Part shown: positions 1 to 12,817 of the stretch, piece after piece | Layout: the number at the start of each line of letters is the position of its first letter | How positions within the stretch are numbered: position 1 is the first letter of the stretch | Origin: Octopus sinensis | Taxonomy: Eukaryota | Direction of reading: 5' to 3' | Length of the DNA: 64,000 nt | NCBI RefSeq assembly: GCF_006345805.1 | Contig: NC_043021.1 | Location: 1,426,001-1,490,000 of the forward strand | Translations under genes and position numbers: made by a program | The notes under the pieces: generated by a model | Seen by the model: only the letters and a program-made list of their open reading frames with translations | Told to the model about the DNA's origin: nothing | Database searches by the model: none

Positions 1-254
1 GCATCCCCATTAGTAGTAAGTAGCATCAGCATTAATCTCATTGGAAGCATCACTGGAAGCCAACTAATTGCATTTGTTAAGGATTTATTACTTCCAGCGG
101 AAATTCCTTGAATACATTTATTTCAGACAACTGTACCGGGTATCCCATGGGTATAAAAGAGAGATATGATAATTTACTGTTGCTATCTACCAAATACCAT
201 TCAAGAGATGTTGGTCAATAAACAGTTTTTATTTGTCTTTGTATGGGATTCCAA

Positions 255-1575
255 AGAAGTGCCAATCACTGAAAGTGGATGGTACCCACAAAGAGGGAGA
301 CTGAGGAAGACATGGGATGAAGTGGTAAGGATCGATCTCAGAATTTTGGGCCCCACAAAGGAAATGACAATCGACTGAGATGTCTAGTAATTTGAGATTC
401 TTGAGAATACCCACCCACGTCAGCGAAATTGAGTTCTAGAAGCGTTGTGTATTTCACCCACACATAACAAAACAACTTTTATGAATACACCCTACCCCAA
501 CAAATCAAGTTACATCTCTACATCTCTTTCTCACATTTCCTCTTTCATGCACTATACTTACCTCCCTCTCCTCAATTTTGTTCTCTTGGCCCTCTTTCAC
601 TGTATCATTGCTTTCCACTAACCTCACTGACCTGTGTGTTCCACCCACATGGAACAGGATAACTTTTCACACACCCTAACCCCAACAAATCAAACGACAT
701 CTCTTCCTCACATCTCCTCCTTCATGCACTATGCTTACCTATCACTCCCCAACCCAGTCCTCACAGCCCTGTTTCTTTGTATTATTGCTATTCGGTAGCC
801 CCCCCCATCTCTATATACCCAGGTTTTCGCCACTCACTACATTCCCCTTCCCCACTCTCTACTGACATTACTTTAGCAATGCCCTGCCATTTATATTGTG
901 ACCTTCAAACCTCAAGGGCATGCCATTGCACTTGCCACCATCTATCTCACTCTTCTTTTACTCAACGATCCCATTTATATTCTGATTCCAATCCCTTGTC
1001 ATTGTGCCTGGCACTCTGCCACCATATCTATCCTGCTGTCTCACACTCTCTCTTGCTCTTCTCTCAGGTTGGGTGACCATGTATCTCCTTTATGGCAGCA
1101 CACCCGTTTCTTTCCTCAGTCCTGATGCCCGCCCCCTCCCCCAGCTGGGTAACCTTGTACCTCCTCTGCAGCAAGACACCTCTTTCTGTCTCACTTTAAC
1201 CTTTCATCATCTGACACTAGATCACCTCCTCCAATGCCCCTTCCCCTCTCAAAAGGTTCTTTGTCTTGCAAGTTACTTGGTGACCCTGTCAGTGCAGGTG
1301 CCACTTAAAAAGTATCCAGTTTGCACTGTAAAGTAGTTGGCATTTGGAAGAGCATCCAGCTGTAAAAACCTTGCCGAAACTGACCTCACCTGTGCTTGTG
1401 CCTTGTAAAAAGCACTCAGTCCACTCTACTGGGTGGTTGGTGTTAGGAAGGGCATCCAGCCATCAAAACCCTGCCAAGATAGACGCAGAAGCCTGGTTCA
1501 TGCTTCTGCCTGGCAGGCTCTTGTGAAACTGTCCCATACCAGCATAGAAGGAGGCAGATGTTCAGTGATGAGGAT
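255..1575 (+). mobile_element. 5'-truncated RTE-clade LINE (ORF end plus long CT-rich 3' UTR)
   Basis: RGRLRKTWDEVVRIDLRILG = RTE ORF C-terminus; followed by the shared 3' module aggaagggcatccagc...gatgtt..(GAT)n. Confidence 0.8.
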
Positions 1576-1961
1576 TGCTAAATAATAATTTAAGATTTTT
1601 AACAAAGTTATGTTTATGACTCTATAATGTTATTTATGTTGTTCTTCAGAAGATGTTATTTTTCAGTCTTGATCCTAAAGATAAATTCGAACCATTCCAT
1701 ATTATTAGCTGAAATCTTTGTATTTTACCATAACTTGTTATCTAAAGAAGATTTATAAAATGAACCAGATTCTTGTGATTTGTTCTGTGAATTACAAACT
1801 TTTAAAAATAAAATTCAATTCAATAAGAAGCTAATAAAATTGTTGAAGTCCTTGTAACATTTTTTCTACTTTCTGCTGTTTTCTTTCTTGCTTACAACTT
1901 TGTAAGCTTCCCAAATTTTGTGCAAGTTGATCAATTTTTTTTCTTTTCCTTTTCCCTTCAG

Positions 1962-2075
1962 GTTACCTTTGTCCTCCTGAAGCCAATATATATGGGATAG
2001 ATTTCATTCGATTCAAGCTAAGGGACTGTGATACAGGAGAAACATTGTTTGAAGTTCTCAAACAAGAAGACACAG
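1962..2075 (+). CDS. UNC119: UNC119 internal coding exon (first visible in window)
   Basis: ttcccttcAG acceptor, GTtagt donor; 114 nt, phase 1-1; encodes [37 protein letters not shown], matching the UNC119 N-terminal GMP-PDE-delta-fold motif (YLC.PE.NIY.IDF.RFK.RD). Confidence 0.95.
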
Positions 2076-2429
2076 GTTAGTGTTTATAAATAAATTGATT
2101 TATTGTTTTCTGGTGTTGTAGGCATCAGCATAAAGTTGTCGGTAACATTATCGCACACACATAAGTAACTGAGGTTTTCCCTAATATATATTTCGTTGCT
2201 ATTTTGGAATAAACTTTCATTTAACAACGTTCGTACATATTTTGAAGTACAGGTTTCAATGTATTTATTTATGCTAATAATTTCTGCCTTCACTGTTCAT
2301 TTTAGGCGGAACACAAAATGTGATGGAACTGCTCACAGTAACAACCAAGCATTTCACCAAGTGACTGTTTATAAATTTACTGGTTCCAAAAATTTCATTG
2401 TATAGATTAAAGTCTTGATGGTGAAAGAG

Positions 2430-2975
2430 GGTGAAAGGTGACCTTTAGCTAGTAAGGGTGAATTGAAGGCCCATTATTAAGGCAGAGAAGTTGTAGAAGA
2501 ACTAAATGTTGATCATTCAACAACTATTAAACATTTGTATCACATTGGAAATTGCCAAAAGTCTTGACAAATGAATACTACATAAGCTGGACAGAAACGA
2601 AATCATTGTTATAAAGTTTGCTCTACACTATTTTTGTTGTGCAAAGAAGTGCAGAACAAATTTCATCAGCTTATGCAGCATCCAGCAATAGAAACCATGC
2701 CAAAGTTTGGTGCAGTCTATTGGCCTGCCAGCTTCTGTCAAACCATTCAACCCATGCCAGTATGGAAAACAGTTGTTAAATGATGATGAGATGACATTGC
2801 ACTGGGTGGCTGCACCAAAGAGAAACAACTAAAAAAATCCCCTGTGTTGAATTTGCATAGCAAGTGGAATCATCAACTACCGTTTCTTAAATCCTGGTGA
2901 AACCAACACAGCAGAGATAGTATTGCAAGAAAATTGGCAAAATGTACCAAGAATTGCAAAGTTTATATCCAATAT
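2430..2975 (+). pseudogene. Degraded mariner transposase fragment interrupted by an RTE 3' tail
   Basis: Remnants of ..ELNVDHSTTIKHL.. and ..GIINYRFLNPGET..; RTE tail at ~2650-2790. Confidence 0.55.
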
Positions 2976-2978
2976 TGG

Positions 2979-3201
2979 TGTTGTGGTGAAATCCTGACAC
3001 TTTTGTGGGATAGCAAGTGAACTGTCCTAAACCTTACAAAGGCACATGTGTACTGACAGTGTGAGGTAGAGTGTGGTATGTGAAGGCAGTCATAGAAGTC
3101 GTGGAGAAAAGATATAAGTTTGTTACTGATTTAGTTTTTGTAGTGTTATAACACTTACGGTGTAGTATATATCCAAAGCCAAAGGTATAAGAGTGGCAAC
3201 A
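2979..3201. mobile_element. Possible solo LTR
   Basis: Begins TGTTG, ends CAACA; no target-site duplication found. Confidence 0.25.
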
Positions 3202-3492
3202 AGATGTTTGAAGCTCACTGTGGACGTTCTTAGCATGGAAGATCTATTAGCTTCCATGCTACAGTTGCAATGGTAACTACAACAACAACAACAACAGCTG
3301 CAACTACAACAGAAACAGCAACAACAGCAGCAAAATCAACAGTTGTTGGAATTATTGTTGCAGTCTGAAAACACTTCAGGTTCGTTTTTGACAAATGGCA
3401 TTGCTAATTCAATTAAAGAATTTACTTATAATCCAGAAGAATGCCAAAGGATTATAAATTTACGACAGGATGCAGAAAAAAATTGAAAAAGA

Positions 3493-4359
3493 TTATTACC
3501 GCCACCAAGGAGGAGGTCATGTTTTCATTAGCGTTGGTTTGTCCGTCAGTCTGTCTGTGAGCAAAATAACTCAAAAACTTGTGAATGTTATTTGATAAAA
3601 CTTGCAGGAAAAGTTGGTAATGACACAAGGAACAGATGATGAAATTTTGGTAGTGATCCGGGAATTTTTATGGATTCTTGAAGGATTTTTCATTTGTTAT
3701 ATTTACTATATATGAAGTACTACGATATTACGTTCTTTGATTATCTCCCTTGAAAACATGTTCGTTTCCATGTAACCTATGGTGGCGTTGCTGTTTCCAA
3801 AGTTTTATTTTCGTTTCTCTATGAACTCTTGAGGAATGATTGATACTATACTGACCACAGAGGAATGTAAGGTAGGTAGGTAGGTTTAGTTTCCTAAGTA
3901 GACTGATACCTCTTTTATCTTTACCAAGGAATTGTCTGACCATCGTACTTGGTGTATTTCAATGTGGATCTCCTTGATTCCCCTAACCATGAGACCTTGA
4001 CAACTATGAACCAGTCTGGGTTCGACCAACTTGTCCAAAAACCCACCACCGATTATGGAAGCCTGCTAGATCATGTTTACGTGAACCAGTATCAGCATTC
4101 ACAAGTCACCGTAACCAACTGTTACTTTTCTGACCATGATGTTGTGTGTGTGTATCACTCAAACTAGTTTGCTGTTGTCATTGATTTATTATAACTGCTT
4201 CAGATTATTCCTGTTTTTAAAGGGTTTTTTTAACCCTGCCAAGGAGGTTATGTTTTTGCCGGCATTGGTTTGGGAAATTGGGTGATATTCAGCATGCGTG
4301 TATATGGGTGGAAATGAGCTGCTTGGCAGAGGTCTGCGCTCTCCGAGTGCTTTTCTAGT
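3493..4359 (+). mobile_element. Helentron/HINE-like derivative
   Basis: 5' ttattaccgccaccaaggaggaggtcatgttttc, second gccaaggaggttatgttttt at ~4238, 3' cttggcagaggtctgcgctctccgagtgcttttctagt (sub-terminal inverted ccaag/cttgg plus 3' hairpin). Confidence 0.6.
3745..4167 (+). pseudogene. Apurinic-type (EEP) endonuclease remnant at the end of an ORF
   Basis: GGVA, LY(R)P, TIVLG(D)FNVDLL (frameshifted), TTDYGSLLDHVYVN, CYFSDHD then stop. Confidence 0.75.
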
Positions 4360-6229
4360 CCAAATATGCATTTGTGCTGACCTGTAACAGATAAGAAAAA
4401 AGGAAAACAATAGTCAAGACCCAACCCATGCTATGGGTGAGGAGAAATACATTTTAAAAGACACTGGCCTTTTAAACTGTAAATTTTTGAAAATTTTGTT
4501 CCATAAAAGGCTTCCCTGCAGTGGAAAAAATGGGCAAAATTTCCATCAAAATGGAGAAAATAGAACTGATTTGAGCATGCTGATCTGAAGCTTAGCCCTA
4601 CAAATAATTAAATGAAATTACAGTTATTGCGAGCATTTCATATATATTCAGACACGGTTATATTGCAATCCGTTATCTGTAGGGAGATCAGTTTTGATAC
4701 ACTGGTATGGGGTATAAAGCTGAATCTTCTTAAGTTTGGAGCTTTACAATAAATTCAATTAATATCCTTGGAGGGCTCTATAGAAGAGGTGACACACAAA
4801 GTTTGACTTTGCAAAAACCCATTTTTAGTACCTCATTTTCATAACAAAATATCTATTTTCCTTGGAAAATTTCTATATCATTTGAAAGTTCTGGATGTAA
4901 ACTTTGTCTTACCTAAGATGTCATAGTATTTCTAACTATTTACAAGGTTAATCTTTTTTTTTTTCTGTTTACTGCTGAACAGCTCTCCATCTAGTTCAAT
5001 GCACTTGAGCGTATGCAGGCAGAAGATTTTTTAGATTTATTTTCATATAAATCACAATGGTTGGTTAGATAATTGTTACAAAATATAAAAGTGAAAATCA
5101 GTACTTGTGAAAATGCAAACATTACAACAAAATATTCGACTATTCAAAATGAGGGGAAAAAATTCGAAAAACCTCACATTGGATTTTAATGGCCTACAAA
5201 ATAAGATCCATTGCACAATATAATTTTTATTGACAAAAATAGATCAATATTTCTCTAATGAATATAGAATTCACTTGAACAAGAATATGTACGAGGTAAA
5301 ATTCATACATCGCTTGGTACAAAGTGATAGAGAATAAACAACATTATCAATGTGACAATTACATGCTAATTTTGGAATCTAAAGACCCCTAGAAATATGT
5401 TTACATTCCACTTAATTTGCCCATTTCTTGAAATTTTGGATCAAAGTTGTTATCTGAAGGCTTGAATTCGTATGACCTCTCAGTTTGAAAAATATCAATA
5501 TGTGTTAACTATACAAAAACTATCAATATACTGCCCTCTTTTTTCACTTTGTGCTCTTTCGCCATACTATGGCCAGAATCAGCAATGATATGATAATTTA
5601 GCAAGACATTTTTATTTCTTATGGTACAAAAATCTTGAAGAAATTATGTTCTTTTCTAAGTGAAAATTAACAATAAAACTTTCATAACGATTATCTGACC
5701 TACCACCATCGAGTTTCATATCAAAATAAAGCTAAAACATTCCTCTTCAGACACTTATGATTCTTACCACAACTTGTGTTATGGTGCTCGAGCATACTCA
5801 CCTTGAACGAGGGCTGAAAATGTTAACGTATAAAATGTGTTTTTCTCCAGTGTGTGATGCTTTATTATTAACTTTTAGGGGCAGCCAGACACAATTTTTG
5901 GGTCATCATGACTGCAGTATATTTGTACATGTTAGAAAAGAGTTGCTTCCCTTCGCTCAGTCATTCACTTTAAAGATAGAACTGATTTATCCAACTGTAA
6001 TTTTTTTCTTATATTCAGCATTCTATATTTACGATGAATATATCCAAATTTCTTTTTTTAAATTTCCGTATACTTTTGGTGGCTTTTAGTGTGACTATAT
6101 GGAGATGTGTAATTTCTGTAACAACTACCATTTTAGATGTGTAAATTTATCATTATAATTATCGCATCTGCTTTCTAAACTGATAGAATGTAACAAGCCG
6201 GAGACCCACATCTTAATCCGGTATTTCAG

Positions 6230-7170
6230 TTGTCATGATTTTTATGGCTGGGTGCCCATTCTAATTCTAACTACTTTACAGAGTGTACTGGATGCTGTTT
6301 TTCATAGTGCTGACACTAGTGAGATCACCTTGTAACTTGCAAAACTTAAAAGTATCGTTGAGTGAAAGAAGATAGGAGACATAGTAATCACTTCAAGCTA
6401 GGCGTTTTGAGGTTCAAGTATGATCAGAGAAGCAAAAAGATATTTACTGTTATCAAAGAGTTTCATGGCTACATTGCTTCTTCCATATGTGAATAGGGTG
6501 GGGTTGGGGGTAGGCTGATGTGATAAATGTACCTCAAAATAACATGTCCAAAAAGAAGAAGAGAAGAGAATATGTATGCAGAAGAGGAAAGTGGATAAGG
6601 CTGTAAATGTACACAGCGGATGGATGTAGTAAATGGTGAACATAGGGTTGGAGTGGTAGATATGAGTGGAAGGACAATGATAAAATTGAGTATTGGATGC
6701 CAACTGGGTGCAGCACAGTGGAGGTGGGGGCAGTATGGAGATGGTGATACTGTATTCTTTACAACAAATTCTGCTTTCACTACTTACAGCAGCAGAATAA
6801 TACAGCAGATAAGAGAATAACAGGAAGATGATAGGTGGATTTAAAGGTTTCTAGTGGGGGAGAAAGATTACTATGAAGAAGAGTGGAGGATGATTGGTAA
6901 AAATGAGAAATGGATGTTAATAAGAAGCAACTCAAGAGTGACCCAGTTATCTGGATGGGAAAAGAAACAGCATTTACATACTTGCCAGGGCCCCATTTGT
7001 GTGCATACTCATTGTACTTTTAGAGCCTTGTTCACGTCATGCTAGCATAACTGGGTGAGCATTCTTGAGTATCCCACTCATCATCTTGGTCCTTTGTCTT
7101 CTCCTTTTTGAGGTTCAACTTACTGAAATCAGCCTTCACCAACTCATCCCCTGTCTTCTTGAATGCCTTT
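6230..7170 (-). mobile_element. RTE LINE 3' fragment
   Basis: KT.DELVKADF..LNL.KE.TKD remnant at ~7080-7170, GA-rich (+) UTR, 3' module at ~6230-6330. Confidence 0.6.
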
Positions 7171-7199
7171 GAAATCCCACCAGATGCAAAACATAACAT

Positions 7200-7790
7200 T
7201 TTTTGCTTGAATGTTTCACTGCAGTTGTTGTTTTGGTGGATTTTCACGTGAACCCCAGGATCTTTAATGCACTATGTTATTATAGACAATCCATATTTCA
7301 TCTCCATTCAACTGTCACTTCACAAAAAGAGTCAGTTTCACTATGCTTTAAGAGTCTGTCATAGAATACCAGTTTGTGCAGCTTTTCTCTGACAGGTTAT
7401 GAGGGATTTGTACATCATAGTGGGAAATATACTTAAGTTTCACTAAGTGTTTATGAACAATATTTTGGAACTTCTAGCATCTCTGCAAGCTCTTCTGTGA
7501 TTTTGGTGTTGGCTTCAATATTTACCTTCAAAGATCATCTTCCAACTCTGAAGGTCTTCATGAATAGCTTGCATCTTCTAAGCTGAAATCCTACAGCATA
7601 TTCACCATACACTTCACAAAAGGTTTTACATATTTCTGCAGCATTTTCAAAGAAGTAAAGCATCACATGCTGCAGATGCAACTTTTCATTGTCCACTTTT
7701 GACCTTGATATGGGTTTGATAAAAGTAAGAGAGATTCTGATTTTTAGTTTGACATAACTGGCAGCTTAACATACTGCAAGTAATGCCAAC
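7200..7790 (-). pseudogene. Degraded mariner transposase 5' half
   Basis: Remnants ..HLQHVMLY.., ..TEELAEMLEV.., ..GDEIWIVYNN.. Confidence 0.6.
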
Positions 7791-7859
7791 CTATCAGTTG
7801 TACTAGCATTATGGCTGTTATATGAAGTGTGTAAAGATTGCTCAGAATTTTCTGGATGA

Positions 7860-8450
7860 CGCAGTATATATCATCATATTATGTCCATTTTCCATTCTGG
7901 CATCAGTTGGATGGTTTGACAGGCGCTGACCAGCTGAAGGGTTGTTCAGGCTCTGTCTGTTTTAACATGGTTTCTATGGCTGGAGGATGCCCTTCCAAAT
8001 GCTAACCACTCTACAGAGTGTACTGGGTGCTTTTTATGTGGCACCAGCACTTATGAGCCTGCAAGATTAGGGACACTCAGCTGAAGAGGGTTGCAAGGGA
8101 TGAGCCTGTATGCAAGAGCAACCATGCTTTTACTTGGTTTCACATGTCTTTTCAAGCATGGCAAACTGCCAGGGCTCTCGGTAACTCTGTCATCCCCTCT
8201 GTGATTTCCAATGTTTGTAGATCCTTTCTCACCACTTCATCCTACATCTTCCCGAGTCTCTCCTTTCTACATGTCCCCTCTAAAATTAGGGATCAGCCTT
8301 CCTTGATGCAACTGTCCTCATTCATATGTATTACATGGTCACACCAGCACAGTCTTCTCTCTTGCAGACTACAGCTGATGTTATGTATACCCTGTTTCTC
8401 TCTCAAATCACTTACGCTCTGTTGTATACGCACTTTTCAAGGTATAGTAT
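7860..8450 (-). mobile_element. RTE LINE 3' fragment
   Basis: Same 3' module and ORF-end remnant as the 54775-57076 copy. Confidence 0.7.
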
Positions 8451-9314
8451 CAAACCTACTTGGAATGATGGGCTCCTAAAAATAAAAGAAATTCAATATT
8501 TTGAAAATTTTGGAATTTGCCTAAAACTTTAAATGACCATAAAATCTGATTGGTAACAGATATGGAGCTGACATTTTCAGAAATTACGTCTCTCATGGAT
8601 ACTAATATATGGTGTAAATTTAAAGAAAATCTGAGAATCTTCACAATGGGCCCTTATTGAATTTCACTGAAATAACCCATTCATCTTCTCTGACAAAGTC
8701 AATAAAATGACCCTATTTTGATCAAGAATTGGCCCAGATAACTCTTTCCACTAAAAATTCAGGAATTTTTAGTGGAACACACCCAGCTTCAACTACTTGC
8801 ATAGACCTCTACTATCTACTTGTTATATGGTAGACCATATATTGCAGACACAACTTACCCTAACTTTTAAAGTCACCAGATTGGATAATAATTTTCTTCA
8901 GTTGGTGTGAAAAGAACAGTGAAGAGTTGATGTTTACTGAGAGATGTATGCAAAATAGATGCAAGTGAAATTTAATGATTCAGTAATTGACATTGGGGAG
9001 CAACTCATTTGGCCTTCCAGCTAGGTTTTTTTTTTCTTGATTGCAAAGCCAGCACTACAATATGTCACTCTTTTGTTTTTCATCCATCAGTTTGCTATCC
9101 TCAAAGAAATGCCTTTGTGAATTCTACAAATATAATTGGTACTTTTGTTTAAAAATTTTAAGGGTCTGATTCTTCTAAAGGCAAAGATTTGTGGTTATTA
9201 TGAGCTACCTTTGCAGAGTGATTTAATTTACATTGTAAGATGATGACCAATATGAAAAAAATTCTGTTAAGGAACATAGAGTTGTAGATAATAGAGTAAG
9301 TGTAATTCTTCTAG

Positions 9315-9670
9315 TTCTGCAGCTGGAAGCCCTTCCTAACGCCAACCACTCCGAGAGTGTAGTGGGTGCTTTTACGTGCCACTGGTACGACGGCCAGTCA
9401 GGTGGTACTGGCAACAGTCACGCTCAAATGGTGTTTTTTATATGCCACCTGCACAGGAGCCAGTCCAGCAGCACTGGCAACGACCTTGCTCGAATGTTTT
9501 TTCACGTGCCACTGGCAGAAGTGCCAGTAAGGCAATGCTGGTAACAATCACACTCGAATGGTGCTTTTTATGTGCCACCGGCACAGAAGCCAGTCAGCTG
9601 CTCTGGCAATGATCACGCTCGGATGGTGCTCTTAGTGGAGTGCTAAGAGCACCATCCAAGTGTGATCGTT
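9315..9670 (-). mobile_element. RTE 3' UTR fragment with ~60-bp internal repeats
   Basis: gcccttcctaacgccaaccactccgagagtgtagtgggtgc followed by repeated tgtgcca...ctcgaatggtg units. Confidence 0.7.
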
Positions 9671-9915
9671 GCAAATGCATAAACAATATTTATTTCAATA
9701 TCAGTGTTATCAGTCAACTTTTATTTATGTGATCCAGTGCTTTGTGTCAGGATTATTGGTTCAGGTGAACTTAATGTAGAAGCAAGTTCCAAATTTTCTG
9801 GAATTTCTTGAATGAACTTAAATAGTTCCCTTTAGAAGCAGCATTTTCTGTTAGTGCTGAAGTGGTTGCCTTTGTTTCAGTATTCTGTGTTTTCAACTTT
9901 TTTTTCTTTTTCCAG

Positions 9916-10036
9916 AAGATGATGAAGATGTAATTCAAAAGACACCAGATCGAGAAGAAGTTGACCCTAATGCTGGAAGGTTTGTACGATACCACTTCAC
10001 ACCACAGTTTTTAAGACTGAAAACCGTTGGAGCAAC
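9916..10036 (+). CDS. UNC119: UNC119 coding exon
   Basis: tttccAG / GTaagt; 121 nt, phase 1-2; [41 protein letters not shown]. Confidence 0.95.
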
Positions 10037-11531
10037 GTAAGTAAAATTGCTTTTGGAAGAATAATGTTAAAACTGACAGCACTTCTATAAATGTGCATGT
10101 GACATAAATGCGTGCAGGAAAACTCTTGATAATACCACAGTTCATCAAATTGTATATAAAGATATTTGTTAGAAGTTAATGTCTGTAAATGATTAAATAT
10201 CATCATCATCATTTTATGTGCAGTTTCCCTGCTAGTTTGGTTGGATGGATTGTCACAATCTGAGTTGTTATTATTCAGAGTTATTGTCCTCCTAGAGGAA
10301 TTAGGGGACTGTGTCTCACTCATGTATTCTATTTTTGAATGGTTTCTATACTTGATGTCTTTCCTAACAGCATCACTTACAAAGGTACAGAGTGTACCAG
10401 CAATAGAGAGGTTGTCATGTCTTCAGTTTAAAACTGAAGAATTCTCTCTGTTCTACATTATCTTCATTGGTTCATTAACCACTGTACAATGTGTAATCAG
10501 TGCATTTTATTAAAGCAACATCACTAAAGAGTATGTTGTTCTTTTTTTTGTTAAGGAATGTGTGATGAAGCATATGAATAAAAGAGAGTAAGAAGCAAGA
10601 GGGTGAAAGAGTAGAGAGTATGAATATGATGATGGGAAACAGTAATTGGGTAACGAGGACTAGATAAATGGAAGAGGGATAAATGTGATAGCTAGATGTT
10701 ATTGGTAAAGTGCTTAGAAAAAGTACGAGTGATGGGGAAGCAATAAAGATGAATGATAGTGAGATTGGTAGGTTTCAATGAAGGGTTACGTGAAGGACAG
10801 TTAGTGATGGTAGGAGGTACTAGATACAGTTCAAAGATTCAAAACTATCCCTCATAAGACAAATGTCATGGTGGAAAAAATATAAAAGGTAGAGTAATAG
10901 GGGTGTGATGGTAGAAGAAGTAGAGTAGTATTGCGTGCCTGTACAAGCATACTTTTTCTCTTGTACACAATGTTTGATTCTTACATTCAGCTTTTTTTCT
11001 TAACTCATTTCTGCTCAATCATCTGTGCATATTAATATTACGTGCCTAATAAAGGATAATCATTTATTTTCTACATAATTATCATAATTATCATGCAATC
11101 TTTTCATCAATCTGAATAAGAAACACTTTGTTACAAGTAAAAGCAACAGATTCCTGAACTTCTGTGCCATTCTTGCTCTTGTTACTATGCTCAGAACACA
11201 CACCTCCTCTCCTAATTAGGTCACAAGATGACAAAAACCGTCCATCCATCCATTTGAAACCTCTGTAGTTGTCTCACTCCAGTACATTGCCTCTGCTATT
11301 GTAGAAGTTGAAAATAAAACTGCTAGACCAGTCATTAAGCAGGCAACTTCCTCTACTATCTGAGTGACTGTCATATGACCTGTTTGCTAGATGTTTTCAG
11401 CCTCTCGCCAATTAACCCTGGTCATCCAGCTACCTTTGTTTTCTAAATTGTGCTTTCAATTTCAATATTGGTCTGTTGCATCTTCTTAGCCTAGGACCTC
11501 TTTACTGCCTTTTTAACTCTTCTACATTTTA

Positions 11532-12817
11532 TTGGGTCATCCCATAAATAGTGCAGATTTTTCAATTACATGAACTAAAAGTTGGAGGGGGACAGGATAA
11601 ACTACCTGCATCAACTTGCTATAAAAGCAGGAAGTAATTTTACCTTGTGTTTATTCTTAGAGCAAGTTTTGAAGAATGCACTTGGATATTAAGTTATTTT
11701 CTCAAAGTGATAATGGAATTGACAAATAAGCATATTTGGCATATTTTGCTTTATGACTTCAATAAAGGCAACAATGCAACAGAAAGTGTGAGGAATATTA
11801 ATGCAGTATATAGGGATGAGAGAATAAGCATAAGCCAGTGTCAACAATGACTCCAGAAATTTTGAGCCCGAAACTACAACCTAGAAGACGAGCCACATAT
11901 GGAAGATCTGTAGAGCTCGACGAGGACATTCTGCAAACCCTAGTGGAATAAAATCCCATCATAATTGTTGATGAACTAGCAAAGAAGCTTGGATTTGATC
12001 ATTCAACCATTCATCGACACCTGCATGCCATCTGAAAAGTCAGCAAATTGGGCCAGTGGGTTCCTCACAAACTTTCTGAGTGTAATCACATGCTGAGAGT
12101 GAATGTGTGCACTTCTTTGCTGTCATGTCTCACGAATGAACCTTTTTGGGGGCTGAATAGTGACTGGTGATGAGAAATAAGTTCTCTATAAAAATGTCAA
12201 GCACCGAAGACAGTGGGTAAGGAAACACTGGCAGCCCAGGCTAAAGAAGGTCTTCACCCATGTGAAGTGTTGTTATGTGTTTGGTGGGATATGAAAGGTT
12301 TAGTTCACTTTGAACCTTTAAACCCAAACTAAATGATAACAAAGGAGATCTACTATGAGCAGCTTGAACAGCTTAAGTCAGTACTAGAAGGAAAATGACC
12401 ATCTTTTGTTTCAAGATGAAAGGTGTTGTTCCATCAGGATAATGCTCAGCCACATACAGCAAGGATGACATTCCAAAAGCTGGAGCAGTTTGAATGGGAA
12501 ATGAAGCTCCATATTCCTTGGACATTGCCCCATTTGATTATCATTTATTCTGCAATCTTCAAAATCATTTGGACGGAAAAAATACGAATTCTGTAGACGA
12601 GGTGAGAACAGTACTGGAGGAGTATTTTTGATCATGGACAAGTGAATTTTGGAGGTGGGAGGTGGGCTTGCAAGTTCTTCAGTCTATCTACCAGATAGAT
12701 TGAAGAACATTGTGGAAAATGAAGGAGAGTATATTTCAGATTAAAAAATAACTTTATCTTAATTTTGAGAAATAAAAGTATAAAAAAAAGAAAAATATCA
12801 TTTATGGTATGACCCAG
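11532..12817 (+). mobile_element. Full-length but dead mariner element
   Basis: TA|ttgggtcatcccataaa ... tttatggtatgacccag|TA (15/17 TIR match, TA TSD); transposase remnant MELTNKHIWHILLYDFNKG.., ..IVTGDEK..; stops and frameshifts. Confidence 0.9.

Noticed and set aside
1-1960. UNC119 first exon
   Set aside because: No N-terminal UNC119-like exon (..T/SPEDVL.L..IT..) was found; presumed upstream of the window.
5690-5760. Hammerhead-like string on - (ctgaaga...gaaa...gtc)
   Set aside because: Helix I does not pair directly next to the core and helix II/III pairing is weak; likely chance or badly decayed.
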